From Macrostomum hystrix (Eukaryota; Animalia; Platyhelminthes), in assembly GCA_950097015.1 (NCBI GenBank), contig CATNEN010000004.1, positions 186,001 to 250,000 of the forward strand: 64,000 nt of DNA, read 5' to 3'. The notes below the pieces were generated by a model. That model saw only the letters and a program-made list of their open reading frames with translations, was not told the origin of the DNA and did not search any database. This document shows positions 27,201 to 38,967 of this stretch, piece by piece (positions within the stretch are counted from its first letter, which is position 1; every line of letters starts with the position of its first letter). The translations under genes were made by a program, and so were the position numbers.

Positions 27201-29792
27201 CTGCTTATTGAGTGAACTGCCCGATGCACACTCATTAGCATGTGTTTGTTGGTGCTGCTTATTGAGTGAACTGCCCGATGCACACTCATTAGCATGTGTT
27301 TGTTGGTGCTGCTTATTGAGTGAACTGCCCGATGCACACTCATTAGCATCTGTTTGTTGGTGCTGCTTATTGAGTGAACTGCCCGATGCACACTCATTAG
27401 CATCTGTTTGTTGGTGCTGCTTATTGAGTGAACTGCCCGATGCACACTCATTAGCATGTGTTTGTTGGTGCTGCTTATTGAGTGAACTGCCCGATGCACA
27501 CTCATTAGCATCTGTTTGTTGGTGCTGCTTATTGAGTGAACTGCCCGATGCACACTCATTAGCATGTGTTTGTTGGTGCTGCTTATTGAGTGAACTGCCC
27601 GATGCACACTCATTAGCATGTGTTTGTTGGTGCTGCTTATTGAGTGAACTGCCCGATGCACACTCATTAGCATGTGTTTGTTGGTGCTGCTTATTGAGTG
27701 AACTGCCCGATGCACACTCATTAGCATGTGTTTGTTGGTGCTGCTTATTGAGTGAACTGCCCGATGCACACTCATTAGCATCTGTTTGTTGGTGCTGCTT
27801 ATTGAGTGAACTGCCCGATGCACACTCATTAGCATGTGTTTGTTGGTGCTGCTTATTGAGTGAACTGCCCGATGCACACTCATTAGCATGTGTTTGTTGG
27901 TGCTGCTTATTGAGTGAACTGCCCGATGCACACTCATTAGCATGTGTTTGTTGGTGCTGCTTATTGAGTGAACTGCCCGATGCACACTCATTAGCATGTG
28001 TTTGTTGGTGCTGCTTATTGAGTGAACTGCCCGATGCACACTCATTAGCATGTGTTTGTTGGTGCTGCTTATTGAGTGAACTGCCCGATGCACACTCATT
28101 AGCATCTGTTTGTTGGTGCTGCTTATTGAGTGAACTGCCCGATGCACACTCATTAGCATCTGTTTGTTGGTGCTGCTTATTGAGTGAACTGCCCGATGCA
28201 CACTCATTAGCATGTGTTTGTTGGTGCTGCTTATTGAGTGAACTGCCCGATGCACACTCATTAGCATGTGTTTGTTGGTGCTGCTTATTGAGTGAACTGC
28301 CCGATGCACACTCATTAGCATGTGTTTGTTGGTGCTGCTTATTGAGTGAACTGCCCGATGCACACTCATTAGCATGTGTTTGTTGGTGCTGCTTATTGAG
28401 TGAACTGCCCGATGCACACTCATTAGCATCTGTTTGTTGGTGCTGCTTATTGAGTGAACTGCCCGATGCACACTCATTAGCATCTGTTTGTTGGTGCTGC
28501 TTATTGAGTGAACTGCCCGATGCACACTCATTAGCATGTGTTTGTTGGTGCTGCTTATTGAGTGAACTGCCCGATGCACACTCATTAGCATGTGTTTGTT
28601 GGTGCTGCTTATTGAGTGAACTGCCCGATGCACACTCATTAGCATCTGTTTGTTGGTGCTGCTTATTGAGTGAACTGCCCGATGCACACTCATTAGCATC
28701 TGTTTGTTGGTGCTGCTTATTGAGTGAACTGCCCGATGCACACTCATTAGCATGTGTTTGTTGGTGCTGCTTATTGAGTGAACTGCCCGATGCACACTCA
28801 TTAGCATGTGTTTGTTGGTGCTGCTTATTGAGTGAACTGCCCGATGCACACTCATTAGCATCTGTTTGTTGGTGCTGCTTATTGAGTGAACTGCCCGATG
28901 CACACTCATTAGCATCTGTTTGTTGGTGCTGCTTATTGAGTGAACTGCCCGATGCACACTCATTAGCATGTGTTTGTTGGTGCTGCTTATTGAGTGAACT
29001 GCCCGATGCACACTCATTAGCATGTGTTTGTTGGTGCTGCTTATTGAGTGAACTGCCCGATGCACACTCATTAGCATGTGTTTGTTGGTGCTGCTTATTG
29101 AGTGAACTGCCCGATGCACACTCATTAGCATGTGTTTGTTGGTGCTGCTTATTGAGTGAACTGCCCGATGCACACTCATTAGCATGTGTTTGTTGGTGCT
29201 GCTTATTGAGTGAACTGCCCGATGCACACTCATTAGCATCTGTTTGTTGGTGCTGCTTATTGAGTGAACTGCCCGATGCACACTCATTAGCATCTGTTTG
29301 TTGGTGCTGCTTATTGAGTGAACTGCCCGATGCACACTCATTAGCATGTGTTTGTTGGTGCTGCTTATTGAGTGAACTGCCCGATGCACACTCATTAGCA
29401 TGTGTTTGTTGGTGCTGCTTATTGAGTGAACTGCCCGATGCACACTCATTAGCATGTGTTTGTTGGTGCTGCTTATTGAGTGAACTGCCCGATGCACACT
29501 CATTAGCATGTGTTTGTTGGTGCTGCTTATTGAGTGAACTGCCCGATGCACACTCATTAGCATGTGTTTGTTGGTGCTGCTTATTGAGTGAACTGCCCGA
29601 TGCACACTCATTAGCATGTGTTTGTTGGTGCTGCTTATTGAGTGAACTGCCCGATGCACACTCATTAGCATCTGTTTGTTGGTGCTGCTTATTGAGTGAA
29701 CTGCCCGATGCACACTCATTAGCATGTGTTTGTTGGTGCTGCTTATTGAGTGAACTGCCCGATGCACACTCATTAGCATCTGTTTGTTGGTG
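27201..29792. repeat. Near-perfect tandem array, 48 x 54-bp unit CTGCTTATTGAGTGAACTGCCCGATGCACACTCATTAGCAT(G/C)TGTTTGTTGGTG (ZFHX intron 2)
   Basis: 2592 bp = 48 x 54. The only variation seen is G/C at unit position 42. Confidence 0.98.
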
Positions 29793-31925
29793 CAAAAAAT
29801 CGATTATCCAAAATCAGCTATAAAAATTATTCAATCGAGATTCTGTGATTCTAATCTTGGAACTTGAAATGGGAGGATAAATTCTCAGAAAACAACAGAA
29901 GTGTTGCAGAAATTGCACCGCTACTCTGCCGCCGCTGCCATACCTTGCCGTAACAGAAACGCATGGATGCTAGCTATTGCGACTAGCCTGAGATTTTACT
30001 CCACGATGATTCTGGGCCATGGCGCAGTTCCGCTTATGAAGAGATTTTTCATTCTCACTCCAGTCCTTCCTAGCCCAGGCCTCCCTAACCTTAGTGAGCT
30101 TAGTGGGCAAGGAGCAGAGGCTGAGCACGGATTCAAGAAAAAGAGAGGAGTTAAGGAATCTCAGCGCGCCTCAGTGACCCCCCCACAGCTCCGCCATCGC
30201 TCTCTGCGGGCTCACACCTTCCCGGAGGGCCTTGAGCAGCAGCAATATAGCGGGGCGGGGGCAGCAGCTCAGCACGAAACAATGTTCCCCAGCCGGCTCC
30301 GTGGAACCGCAGCCCGCACGCTGCTGTGCTCGCACACACACACACACACACCCGCTTCCGGGCCTGAAAGAATGGAGACCTTCCTTGGGCTTCTTTGTCT
30401 CGTGATAGAGCAGCCAGCACAAATGCACTTCCTGACCAGCTCAAAGGCCCCTCATTGTTTGGGAAGGGGATGCAGACTGTGTGTGTGAGAGAGAGAAAGA
30501 CTTGGCAATTGACGATTGCCCGGGCTGTGATTAAAACTCCTTGAGAATCTGCTCACTGGAGTAGCGTGGCCTCGGATTCCAGGCAGCCAGTTTCCTCCCG
30601 CAGCAATGCAAAGACTCCCCTCCCCCCTTCCTTATTTTCTTCATCCAGCGGGGCCGCTACTTTTCTTCAGCCTTCCCCCCACTCCCCCAAGTGTTTGTGC
30701 GAGCCTGCTCAGCGCAATGACGCCCATAGGCCCATTGTCTAATTGGTGCCGCGCTGCTAATAAAGTTGGCTTTGCTTTTGGAGAGTTGTTGTGCTCCGAT
30801 GGCGGCTGGGGGGGGGGGCTAGTCGGCATGCGGTCTCCACGGGTCTCTCCCTTCACTTCTATTTGGCCTTAACTCTGCTCACAATCTCATTCCCAATGGG
30901 ATGCGAGTCCCTAGTCATCTTAACCCAACCATCCCCACGCCGAAGAAAAATCTGCATGTGAAAGCAAGACCAGGCAACCCACCCTCCTTATTCTTTTCTT
31001 TCTCTCTCTTTTCTTTTCTTATACTCAATCTTCCCTTCTCTCTCTCTCTCTCTTTAATCCCAAGCGTTGAGTAGGTGCCCTCCCAGCTCCGCAGTTTTTA
31101 TTAAGTCAGCTCAGCCCTAATCTTCCCATTAGAGAGAGGTCCGGCGCTCCATTCATGCCAAGATAATAGCCGCTATCTTTCTCTTCTTTATTTCTTTCAG
31201 TGGCGCGACCCCTTCTGCCGCAATTCAAAATCTCTATATAATTCTAGAACCCCATACGAGCCGGCTCTTCCAGTTATTATTTCCTATCTTTCGTTTTTTT
31301 AATCCGCATCCCTCATCCACTTGGGAGTTGTAAAAATATACAAAAAGGCGATAGACAGAAAGCTTGAGGCAGCCAAGAACTCAAGTCTGAAAGATACTTC
31401 TCACATTTTTACAAATCTTTTTCCCACCGGGTAAGTGAAAAGTAAATCAATTTTAACAATAATATTTTCCTACCAAAATGATAACACTGTGCCGCGATTA
31501 TAGTCCTAGAAGCTTCCCAGATTTGTCTATGGCCAAAACCACTAACACTTTCAGCTTGCGCCCAACACAGTTCTAAATAGAAATGGTCGATTATGTGTGC
31601 AAGGTTAAAAAAACTTGTCCAATTGTTTGTACGCTCACGCCATCTTTTGCAGTCTATCACTATGCATGCCTTTGTTTATTGTTCTACTGTAAGCTAGTTC
31701 TATGAATATAAAATTCACATTTTAAACTATGTTTCTTCTTATTCATATCTTTGTATCTTTATTGAATTAATTTTCTGTGTATATCCTTAACTACGATGGA
31801 TAACCTTTTTTGGTTCTGTACTCTGTACTCTATCTCAGTCTTTGCGCCTCTAGTCCTTTAACTCTTTCAATTATATGTACTAGGTATAAAACTTTATTCT
31901 TTAAAGAAGTTTTATATAGTCTTCA

Positions 31926-32310
31926 GTAGATCCCAGTGCGGAATCTGTAGATCCCAGTGCGGAATCTGTAGATCCCAGTGCGGAGTCTTTAGATCCCAGT
32001 GCGGAATCTGTAGATACCAATGCGGAATCTGTAGATCCCAGTGCGGAGTCTGTAGATCCCAGTGCGGAATCTGTAGATCCCAGTGCGGAATCTGTAGATC
32101 CCAGTGCGGAATCTGTAGATCCCAGTGCGGAGTCTTTAGATCCCAGTGCGGAATCTGTAGATCCCAGTGCGGAATCTGTAGATCCCAGTGCGGAGTCTTT
32201 AGATCCCAGTGCGGAGTCTGTAGATCCCAGTGCGGAATATGTAGATCCCAGTGCGGAGTCTGTAGATCCCAGTGCGGAGTCTGTAGATCCCAGTGCGGAG
32301 TCTGTAGATC
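31926..32310. repeat. Tandem repeat, 21-bp unit AGATCCCAGTGCGGAATCTGT, ending ~30 nt before the ZFHX exon 3 acceptor
   Basis: Unit read directly. Confidence 0.95.
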
Positions 32311-32340
32311 TCCGCCCACACTTGCCTCCCTCCGCTGCAG

Positions 32341-32754
32341 TCGCGATGCGTCACGGGAGCAGCGCCACATCCAAGCTTGTCTACCTGTGCCCCTGCTGCC
32401 GCTGCGGCTGCTCCGCCGAGGGCGACTCCACGAGCAAGTTCAACGCACTGCGGCGCCATCTGCGCAGCGCGCACTCGGTGTCGGACGCCCAGCTGGAGCG
32501 CTTCATCCAGATGGCCGACACCGCCGTTGAGGAGGCCGAGAAGCGCCGTCAGATTGGCGGCGGCGAGGCTGAAGAGAACGAAGACGACGAGGATGACATT
32601 GTTGACGTGACCGGACCTGTTGAGGATTCCGATGAACCCGAAGACGTGTCCGCTGACGCCGCCGTCGCTGCTGAGGAAGTCAACTCGACAACGGAGTCTG
32701 CAGCGGCCGCGGCTGACGCAAGAGACATTGTGGTCACTTGCGATCCGAGCTGCG
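32341..32754 (+). CDS. ZFHX3: ZFHX gene coding exon 3 (zinc finger YLCPCCRCGC...LRRHLRSAH plus acidic tract)
   Basis: Acceptor CTGCAG| at 32339-40, phase 1 in. Donor G|GTGAGT at 32755, phase 1 out. C2H2-like finger. Confidence 0.88.
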
Positions 32755-32872
32755 GTGAGTACCTAATTATATTATTTTAGATACAAATAGGCACTTTTTT
32801 ATTTAACATTTGTTTTTTAGTAGGTTTTACGTAACTAATTACCTCGTCTCCCACTTAACAATTTTTGAGCAG

Positions 32873-33116
32873 CCGAGGCAGACATTCTGCTGCTGACACC
32901 GGAACCGTCAGTAGAAGAGCAGCAGCAGCAGTTCCGCTGTCAGGCCTGCCACATCACCGCCTCCAGTCTGGAGGAGCTTCTGCTTCATCAGCGCGAAGCC
33001 GGACATCAACGGCTGCTGCTGGACCGGCAGGGCCAGGCAGCGCCCGGCTACCTGTGCTGGCGCAAGGGCTGCAACAAGTACTTCAGCGACCAGGAGACGC
33101 TGCAGATGCACTTTAC
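32873..33116 (+). CDS. ZFHX3: ZFHX gene coding exon 4 (FRCQACHITASSLEELLLHQREAGH; YLCWRKGCNKYFSDQETLQMHF)
   Basis: Own translation (frame not in the ORF track). Acceptor GCAG| at 32871-72, phase 1. Donor AC|GTAAGT at 33117, phase 2. The CWxKGCNxxF finger is a ZFHX signature. Confidence 0.9.
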
Positions 33117-33149
33117 GTAAGTAGTATATGGCCAAAACTCTAGGCATTC

Positions 33150-35179
33150 TCAAAGCCTCCAATCTGAAACCTGCTCAAAGCCTCCCAATCTGAATCCTGC
33201 TCAAAGCCTCCCAATCTGAAACCTGCTCAAAGCCTCAAATCTGAAATCTGCTCAATGCCTCCCAATCTGAAACCTGCTCAAAGCCTCCTAATCTGAATCC
33301 TGCTCAAAGCCTCCCAATCTGAAACCTGCTCAAAGCCTCAAATCTGAAATCTGCTCAATGCCTCCCAATCTGAAACCTGCTCAAAGCCTCCTAATCTGAA
33401 TCCTGCTCAAAGCCTCCCAATCTGAATCCTGCTCAATGCCTCCAATCTGAAACCTGCTCAAAGCCTCCTAATCTGAATCCTGGTCAAAGCCTCCCAATCT
33501 GAATCCTGCTCAAAGCCTCCCAATCTGAATCCTGCTCAAAGCCTCCCAATCTGAAACCTGCTCAAAGCCTCCCAATCTGAATCCTGCTGAAAGCCTCCCA
33601 ATCTGAATCCTGCTCAAAGCCTCCCAATCTGAAATCTGCTCAAAGCCTCCCAATCTGAAACCTGCTCAAAGCCTCCCAATCTGAATCCTGCTCAAAGCCT
33701 CCCAATCTGAAACCTGCTCAAAGCCTCCCAATCTGAATCCTGCTCAAAGCCTCCCAATCTGAAACCTGCTCAAAGCCTCCAATCTGAAACCTGCTCAAAG
33801 CCTCCTAATCTGAATCCTGCTCAAAGCCTCCCAATCTGAAACCTGCTCAAAGCCTCCAATCTGAAACTTGCTCAAAGCCTCCCAATCTGAATCCTGCTCA
33901 AAGCCTCCCAATCTGAAACCTGCTCAAAGCCTCCCAGTCTGAAACCTGCTCAAAGCCTCCCAGTCTGAATCCTGCTCAAAGCCTCCCAGTCTGAATCCTG
34001 CTCAAAGCCTCCCAATCTGAATCCTGCTCAAAGCCTCCCAATCTGAATCCTGCTCAAAGCCTCCCAATCTGAAACCTGCTCAAAGCCTCCCAATCTGAAA
34101 CCTGCTCAAAGCCTCCCAGTCTGAAACCTGCTCAAAGCCTCCCAGTCTGAAACCTGCTCAAAGCCTCCCAGTCTGAATCCTGCTCAAAGCCTCCCAGTCT
34201 GAATCCTGCTCAAAGCCTCCCAATCTGAATCCTGCTCAAAGCCTCCCAATCTGAATCCTGCTCAAAGCCTCCAATCTGAAACCTGCTCAAAGCCTCCCAA
34301 TCTGAATCCTGCTCAAAGCCTCCCAATCTGAAACCTGCTCAAAGCCTCCCAATCTGAAACCTGCTCAAAGCCTCCTAATCTGAATCCTGCTCAAAGCCTC
34401 CCAATCTGAAACCTGCTCAAAGCCTCCAATCTGAAACTTGCTCAAAGCCTCCCAATCTGAATCCTGCTCAAAGCCTCCCAATCTGAAACCTGCTCAAAGC
34501 CTCCCAGTCTGAAACCTGCTCAAAGCCTCCCAGTCTGAATCCTGCTCAAAGCCTCCCAGTCTGAATCCTGCTCAAAGCCTCCCAATCTGAATCCTGCTCA
34601 AAGCCTCCCAATCTGAAACCTGCTCAAAGCCTCCCAATCTGAAACCTGCTCAAAGCCTCCCAATCTGAAACCTGCTCAAAGCCTCCAATCTGAAACTTGC
34701 TCAAAGCCTCCCAATCTGAATCCTGCTCAAAGCCTCCCAATCTGAAACCTGCTCAAAGCCTCCCAATCTGAAACCTGCTCAAAGCCTCCCAATCTGAAAC
34801 CTGCTCAAAGCCTCCCAATCTGAAACCTGCTCAAAGCCTCCCAATCTGAAACCTGCTCAAAGCCTCCAATCTGAAACTTGCTCAAAGCCTCCCAATCTGA
34901 AACCTGCTCAAAGCCTCCCAAAGTGAATCCTGCTCAAAGCCTCCCAATCTGAAACCTGCTCAAAGCCTCCCAATCTGAATCCTGCTCAAAGCCTCCCAAT
35001 CTGAAACCTGCTCAAAGCCTCCCAATCTAAATCCTGCTCAAAGCCTCCTAATCTGAATCCTGCTCAAAGCCTCCCAATCTGAAACGTGCTCAAAGCCTCC
35101 CAATCTAAATCCTGCTCAAAGCCTCCTAATCTGAATCCTGGTCAAAGCCTCCCAATCTGAATCCTGCTCAAAGCCTCCC
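33150..35179. repeat. Tandem minisatellite, 25/26-bp unit CAAAGCCTCCCAATCTGAA(A/T)CCTGCT (ZFHX intron 4)
   Basis: Unit read directly. Confidence 0.97.
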
Positions 35180-35866
35180 TCGTTTGCGAAATTGCCTCAA
35201 CCACACATTGCAGTTGTTAGTTTTAGGACTTCAATTTAAGTGACTGCTCGCTGCTAGCAAGTGCTGCAAAATTCTCTCTTTTGTTGTAAAAAACACACTA
35301 TGCTCAAATGATATTTTTCGTAGCTTTTTGTGGTCCGGACAAGCTCAAGAGAGCAAAAAAAGATAAGACAGGAAGAACCCGGCCAAGGATGCTTCAGATT
35401 TAAGACAGAATTGCTCCAGTCTGAAAGAAGGGATAAAAGGAAGAAACTTAGACTCCTAAGGGAGGATGAGATGGATAACCTGCTCAGTTATTCTTACATC
35501 TCACCCATAGGCAAGGTTTTATAATCCAGTTCCGGCTCTCTCTTCCCAATTTGAGCCCAATCTCGGCCCTAAAACAGCTATTCCGGTCTTTCAGTTTTTT
35601 ATAACCGATTTTCATTCTACTCGCGGATAAGTTTTTTCATTCCTTTTTCTCCTCATCGTATTTTTTTATATTAAAAATCTGCTTTCAAATTATTTTCGTC
35701 TTCAATTGGCTCGGAAAGTGTAGGAATGTAAGAATTAAATGAGCAAATATTTTTACAGAGTTCTTTTCTGCATTTAAATAAAGCAGTATGTATTAGAGAC
35801 AGTCTACTATAAGTAGACTTTCAGTTTTTTTTAATAAAAAGCTTCCCATCGACGCCGTTCAAACAG

Positions 35867-37952
35867 TGAAATCCACGCCAAGACTGCAGCTCGCTCAGCC
35901 AGCGGCAGCGGCGGCGAAGCGGAGCTGCCGGGCTCCTTCCGATTTCCGCACGCGTGCGTCACCTGCCGGCTGGCCTTCAGGGACGCCCGCCAGCTGGAGC
36001 GGCACCGGCGTCAGCATGCTGCGGGGCGCCTCGCCTGCCTGCTGTGCCATCGAGAGCTGGCCGGCCCCGCTGAAGTCCGCGCCCACTACGAGGAGCGGCA
36101 TCTAACACCGGCCAGCGCCGCGCCCGCCGACCAGGAGGAGCCGCCGGCAGCTGCAGCCGCTCTAACGTCCGGAGGCGGCGAAATCTACCGCTGCGAGTCC
36201 TGCCAGGTCGGCTTCGGTGCGCAGATCCAGCTGGCCGCCCACATGCGCTCCAATGCGCACAAGCGGCTCGCCGGCTGCCGCTGTCCGCTCTGCGGCCTGA
36301 CGTGCTCCGGTCCCGAGCACCTGCGCCTGCACGTCAAGTCGCACCAGCTGCCGCTTTTCCTACCACCGCTGCTGCTGCCGTTTCCGCTGCACCCCCCGCC
36401 TCAGCCGCCGCAACCGCCGCCGACGTCGCTTCCTCTTGCGTCTCTCCCGGTGATGGGAGCTTCAGCCCGGTCACCGCCAGCCCAACAGCTGCTTTGCCAC
36501 TTCCTGCCTCCTCTAATCCCGTCGCCGCTAACAAGGCCGCCTCCGCCTACGTCGACGCCGATGACGCAGATGACATCGGCGAGTTCTGTTGCTGCCGCTG
36601 TCGCCGCTGCTTCAGCTACTTCGCCGATGCTGGCAACTCAGTCCACAATGACAACGACGGTTTCAGCAACGGCGACTTCGGCGCCTGCAGCACTGCAGTC
36701 AGCATCGTTGGCAACATCGACGTCAACAATGGCCTCATCCGGCAGCAGCTGCAGCGGCTCCTCTGGCAATGCTGTCGGCGGCGATGCCGGTAGCGATGCG
36801 AACGGCGGACTGCAGAACGGCGGCAAGCGGGCGCGAACTCGCATCACGGAGGACCAGCTGCGAGTGCTCAAAGCGAATTTCAATCTGAACAGCTCGCCCA
36901 ACGATCAGCTGATCGCTCAGATGTCTCGCGACACCGGCCTGCCAGTGAAAGTCATCAAGCACTGGTTCCGGAACACTCTGTTCAAGGAGCGCCAGCGCTG
37001 CAAGGACTCGCCCTACAATTTCAGTATCCCGCCAGCCACCCAGCTCAACCTAGAGGAGTACGAGAAGACCGGCAAAGTTGAGGTGCTCCCAGCCAGGCCG
37101 GAGGAGATCGAGCAGCACGTGCGGGTGCAGCTGCACAGCCAGGCGCTCGGCGCTGCCAAACGGAAGCGTTCGCGACCATCGGCGGCTTCAGCTGGCGAAG
37201 ACGAGTCTGCCGTTGAAGCGGCCGCGCCTGCAGCTGGTGGGCGCAAACGGCCGCGTCTCGAAGCCCCGCCGTCTCCTCCGCCCCAGCCGATGCAGCAGTC
37301 AGCCTCGCCTTCAGCCGAGATGTGGCTTCTCGGCTCCCGGGTAGCCGTTATCCCTGAGGATTCCGAGGACCACGACTCTCCGCTGGACCTCAGCACGGCC
37401 GGTCAACGCCAGAGGCAGCAGCAGCCCCTTCCTGCCAGCCTACCGAGTCCTCAGCAGGCTTTGGCGCTGAGGCTTCTGTTTCAGCAGCAGCAGCAGCTGG
37501 TTCACATTGAAGGCAACAGTATCGGCTGCATCCCCACGGAGCGGCAGGTGGAGTCGGTGGCCGCGGCTCTCGGCCTGCCGTCCGGGCTCATCCGGGCCTG
37601 GCTCAGCAACAATGTCGGCGGTGGTGGCGTCCCTCCGTTGCTGCGCCAGGCGCCAAGTCCCCCCGTGGGCTGGCTGGGGTCGCCAGGCGGTCGCTGCCGT
37701 CTCTGCCTTGACGACCTATCAGCGGACTCCACCGCTGGCGAGCACCTGTACTCCGGGCGGCATGTCGCTGCGCTAGTGCGCGCAGCGGAGTCGGCGGTGA
37801 CTGCCGCTGCAGCGGCTGCTGCTGTTGCCGTTTCACCGGCAGGCGAAGACATTGAGCTGCCTGTTGGCCAAGTTGGTCACGGTCTTGGCAAGGCGTCCAT
37901 CGTTGAGGAGGCCGAGACAGAGCATGTTGAAGCCGAGGTTGAGGCGGTCTAG
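35867..37952 (+). CDS. ZFHX3: ZFHX gene terminal coding exon 5: C2H2 fingers, homeodomain ([15 protein letters not shown]...[14 protein letters not shown]), PLDLS motif, degenerate homeodomain, terminal finger
   Basis: Acceptor AACAG| at 35865-66, phase 2, giving QMHFT-EIHAK (compare QTHFNEVHAK in ZFHX3). Frame is open into ORF 36243-37952. Homeodomain at ~36825-37001 is followed by the family motif KDSPYNFS. Confidence 0.93.
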
Positions 37953-37966
37953 AAATCAAGAAAGTA

Positions 37967-37972
37967 AATAAA
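37967..37972 (+). terminator. Possible polyadenylation signal of the ZFHX gene
   Basis: AATAAA 15 nt after the TAG. Confidence 0.4.
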
Positions 37973-38967
37973 ATCCCAATGTCCTATTTGTTTATTCTAG
38001 CATTGCGTTGTATTTGTCCCCTGGTCCCTCAGAAGGTCAAAACAATGCCCCACTTGTACCTTAGTAGGCTCAGGTTATCCTCATTTTCAGCAAGTCTTTC
38101 TCTATCAGATTCTGACACAGCTTAGAAGGCTGACACATTTTCAGCACCCCTTTTGTCGCTGACAATGCACCGAATAAACTAAATTCCTCCCTCCATTTGC
38201 AGGAAGGAATCTTCTGGTAGCTCGCCATCAGCGCTGCCATGTTTGGCTCCGAATCTGCGCGACTTAAAGAAGCCACTGTTTACACACATTGCTAATGCCC
38301 AACTGTGCAGCACACCCCTTACCTTCCTTAAACTTACCTGTAGGCTACTGTAGCTGTCACCGATCCTCTCTGTTCTTAGTTGTGACTGCATTTTTTGTTT
38401 TGTCCCAGTAGGCCCCTCTATACCAATGTGCAGCGAGTTTTTTTCACTTTAGTTGTTTTTTCTACTTTTTAAAAACTTGCATGAACATTTGCTAACCAAG
38501 CTGTAAGATATGAACAGTTTCATAGTTAGTTGCAAGCAGTTTAGCCATTTTTTGCGGAATTGTTAATTGTGTTTTTCATTTACCTTTATCCAAAAGCTGG
38601 AACTCTGATCCTATTTTTACCTTGTAGCGCTCGTGTTACCGTTTCCTTAGCTTGATTTTCTGTCCTTTCCTCTTCTAGCTACTGTGAGTAGTGTGTTTCT
38701 CAGTGTCGTGTTTCCCTTTCTCCATACTAGCTCGTAATTAGACCAAACGTGAGCGTTTTCTGTTCTTCGAATGTTTGAGTAGCAGTTTTGAGCAATAAAA
38801 ACATTGCAACTACAGCCGTCAGGCGAATGCTGTTTGACGGCATGGGCCAGGCTGGCTGCCTAGATACAAATGCTTGTTTTAGTTATAAAAACGCTTTCGA
38901 CTTTACAAGCTATGTATCCTTTTAACATTCTTTTCCATTTGTTAAGTGATGACGGTCCCTTCATAAG

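Noticed and set aside
27201-29792. CRISPR-like array (palindromic repeated unit)
   Set aside because: No unique spacers, since the units are identical end to end. No cas genes, and the context is a eukaryotic intron.
29901-30488. 195-aa sense ORF in ZFHX intron 2
   Set aside because: Non-ATG start, reads through a (CA)n microsatellite and has no recognisable domain. The region looks regulatory.
31781-31791. ATATCCTTAAC, resembling both an AT-AC U12 donor and a U12 branch site
   Set aside because: It lies in AT-rich ZFHX intron 2, ~550 nt from the next exon, with no exon upstream. The ZFHX chain closes with U2 sites.
38914-38923. GTATCCTTTT, a U12 donor-like match
   Set aside because: No recognisable upstream exon, and I did not find a matching branch site/acceptor pair. 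Treated as chance.
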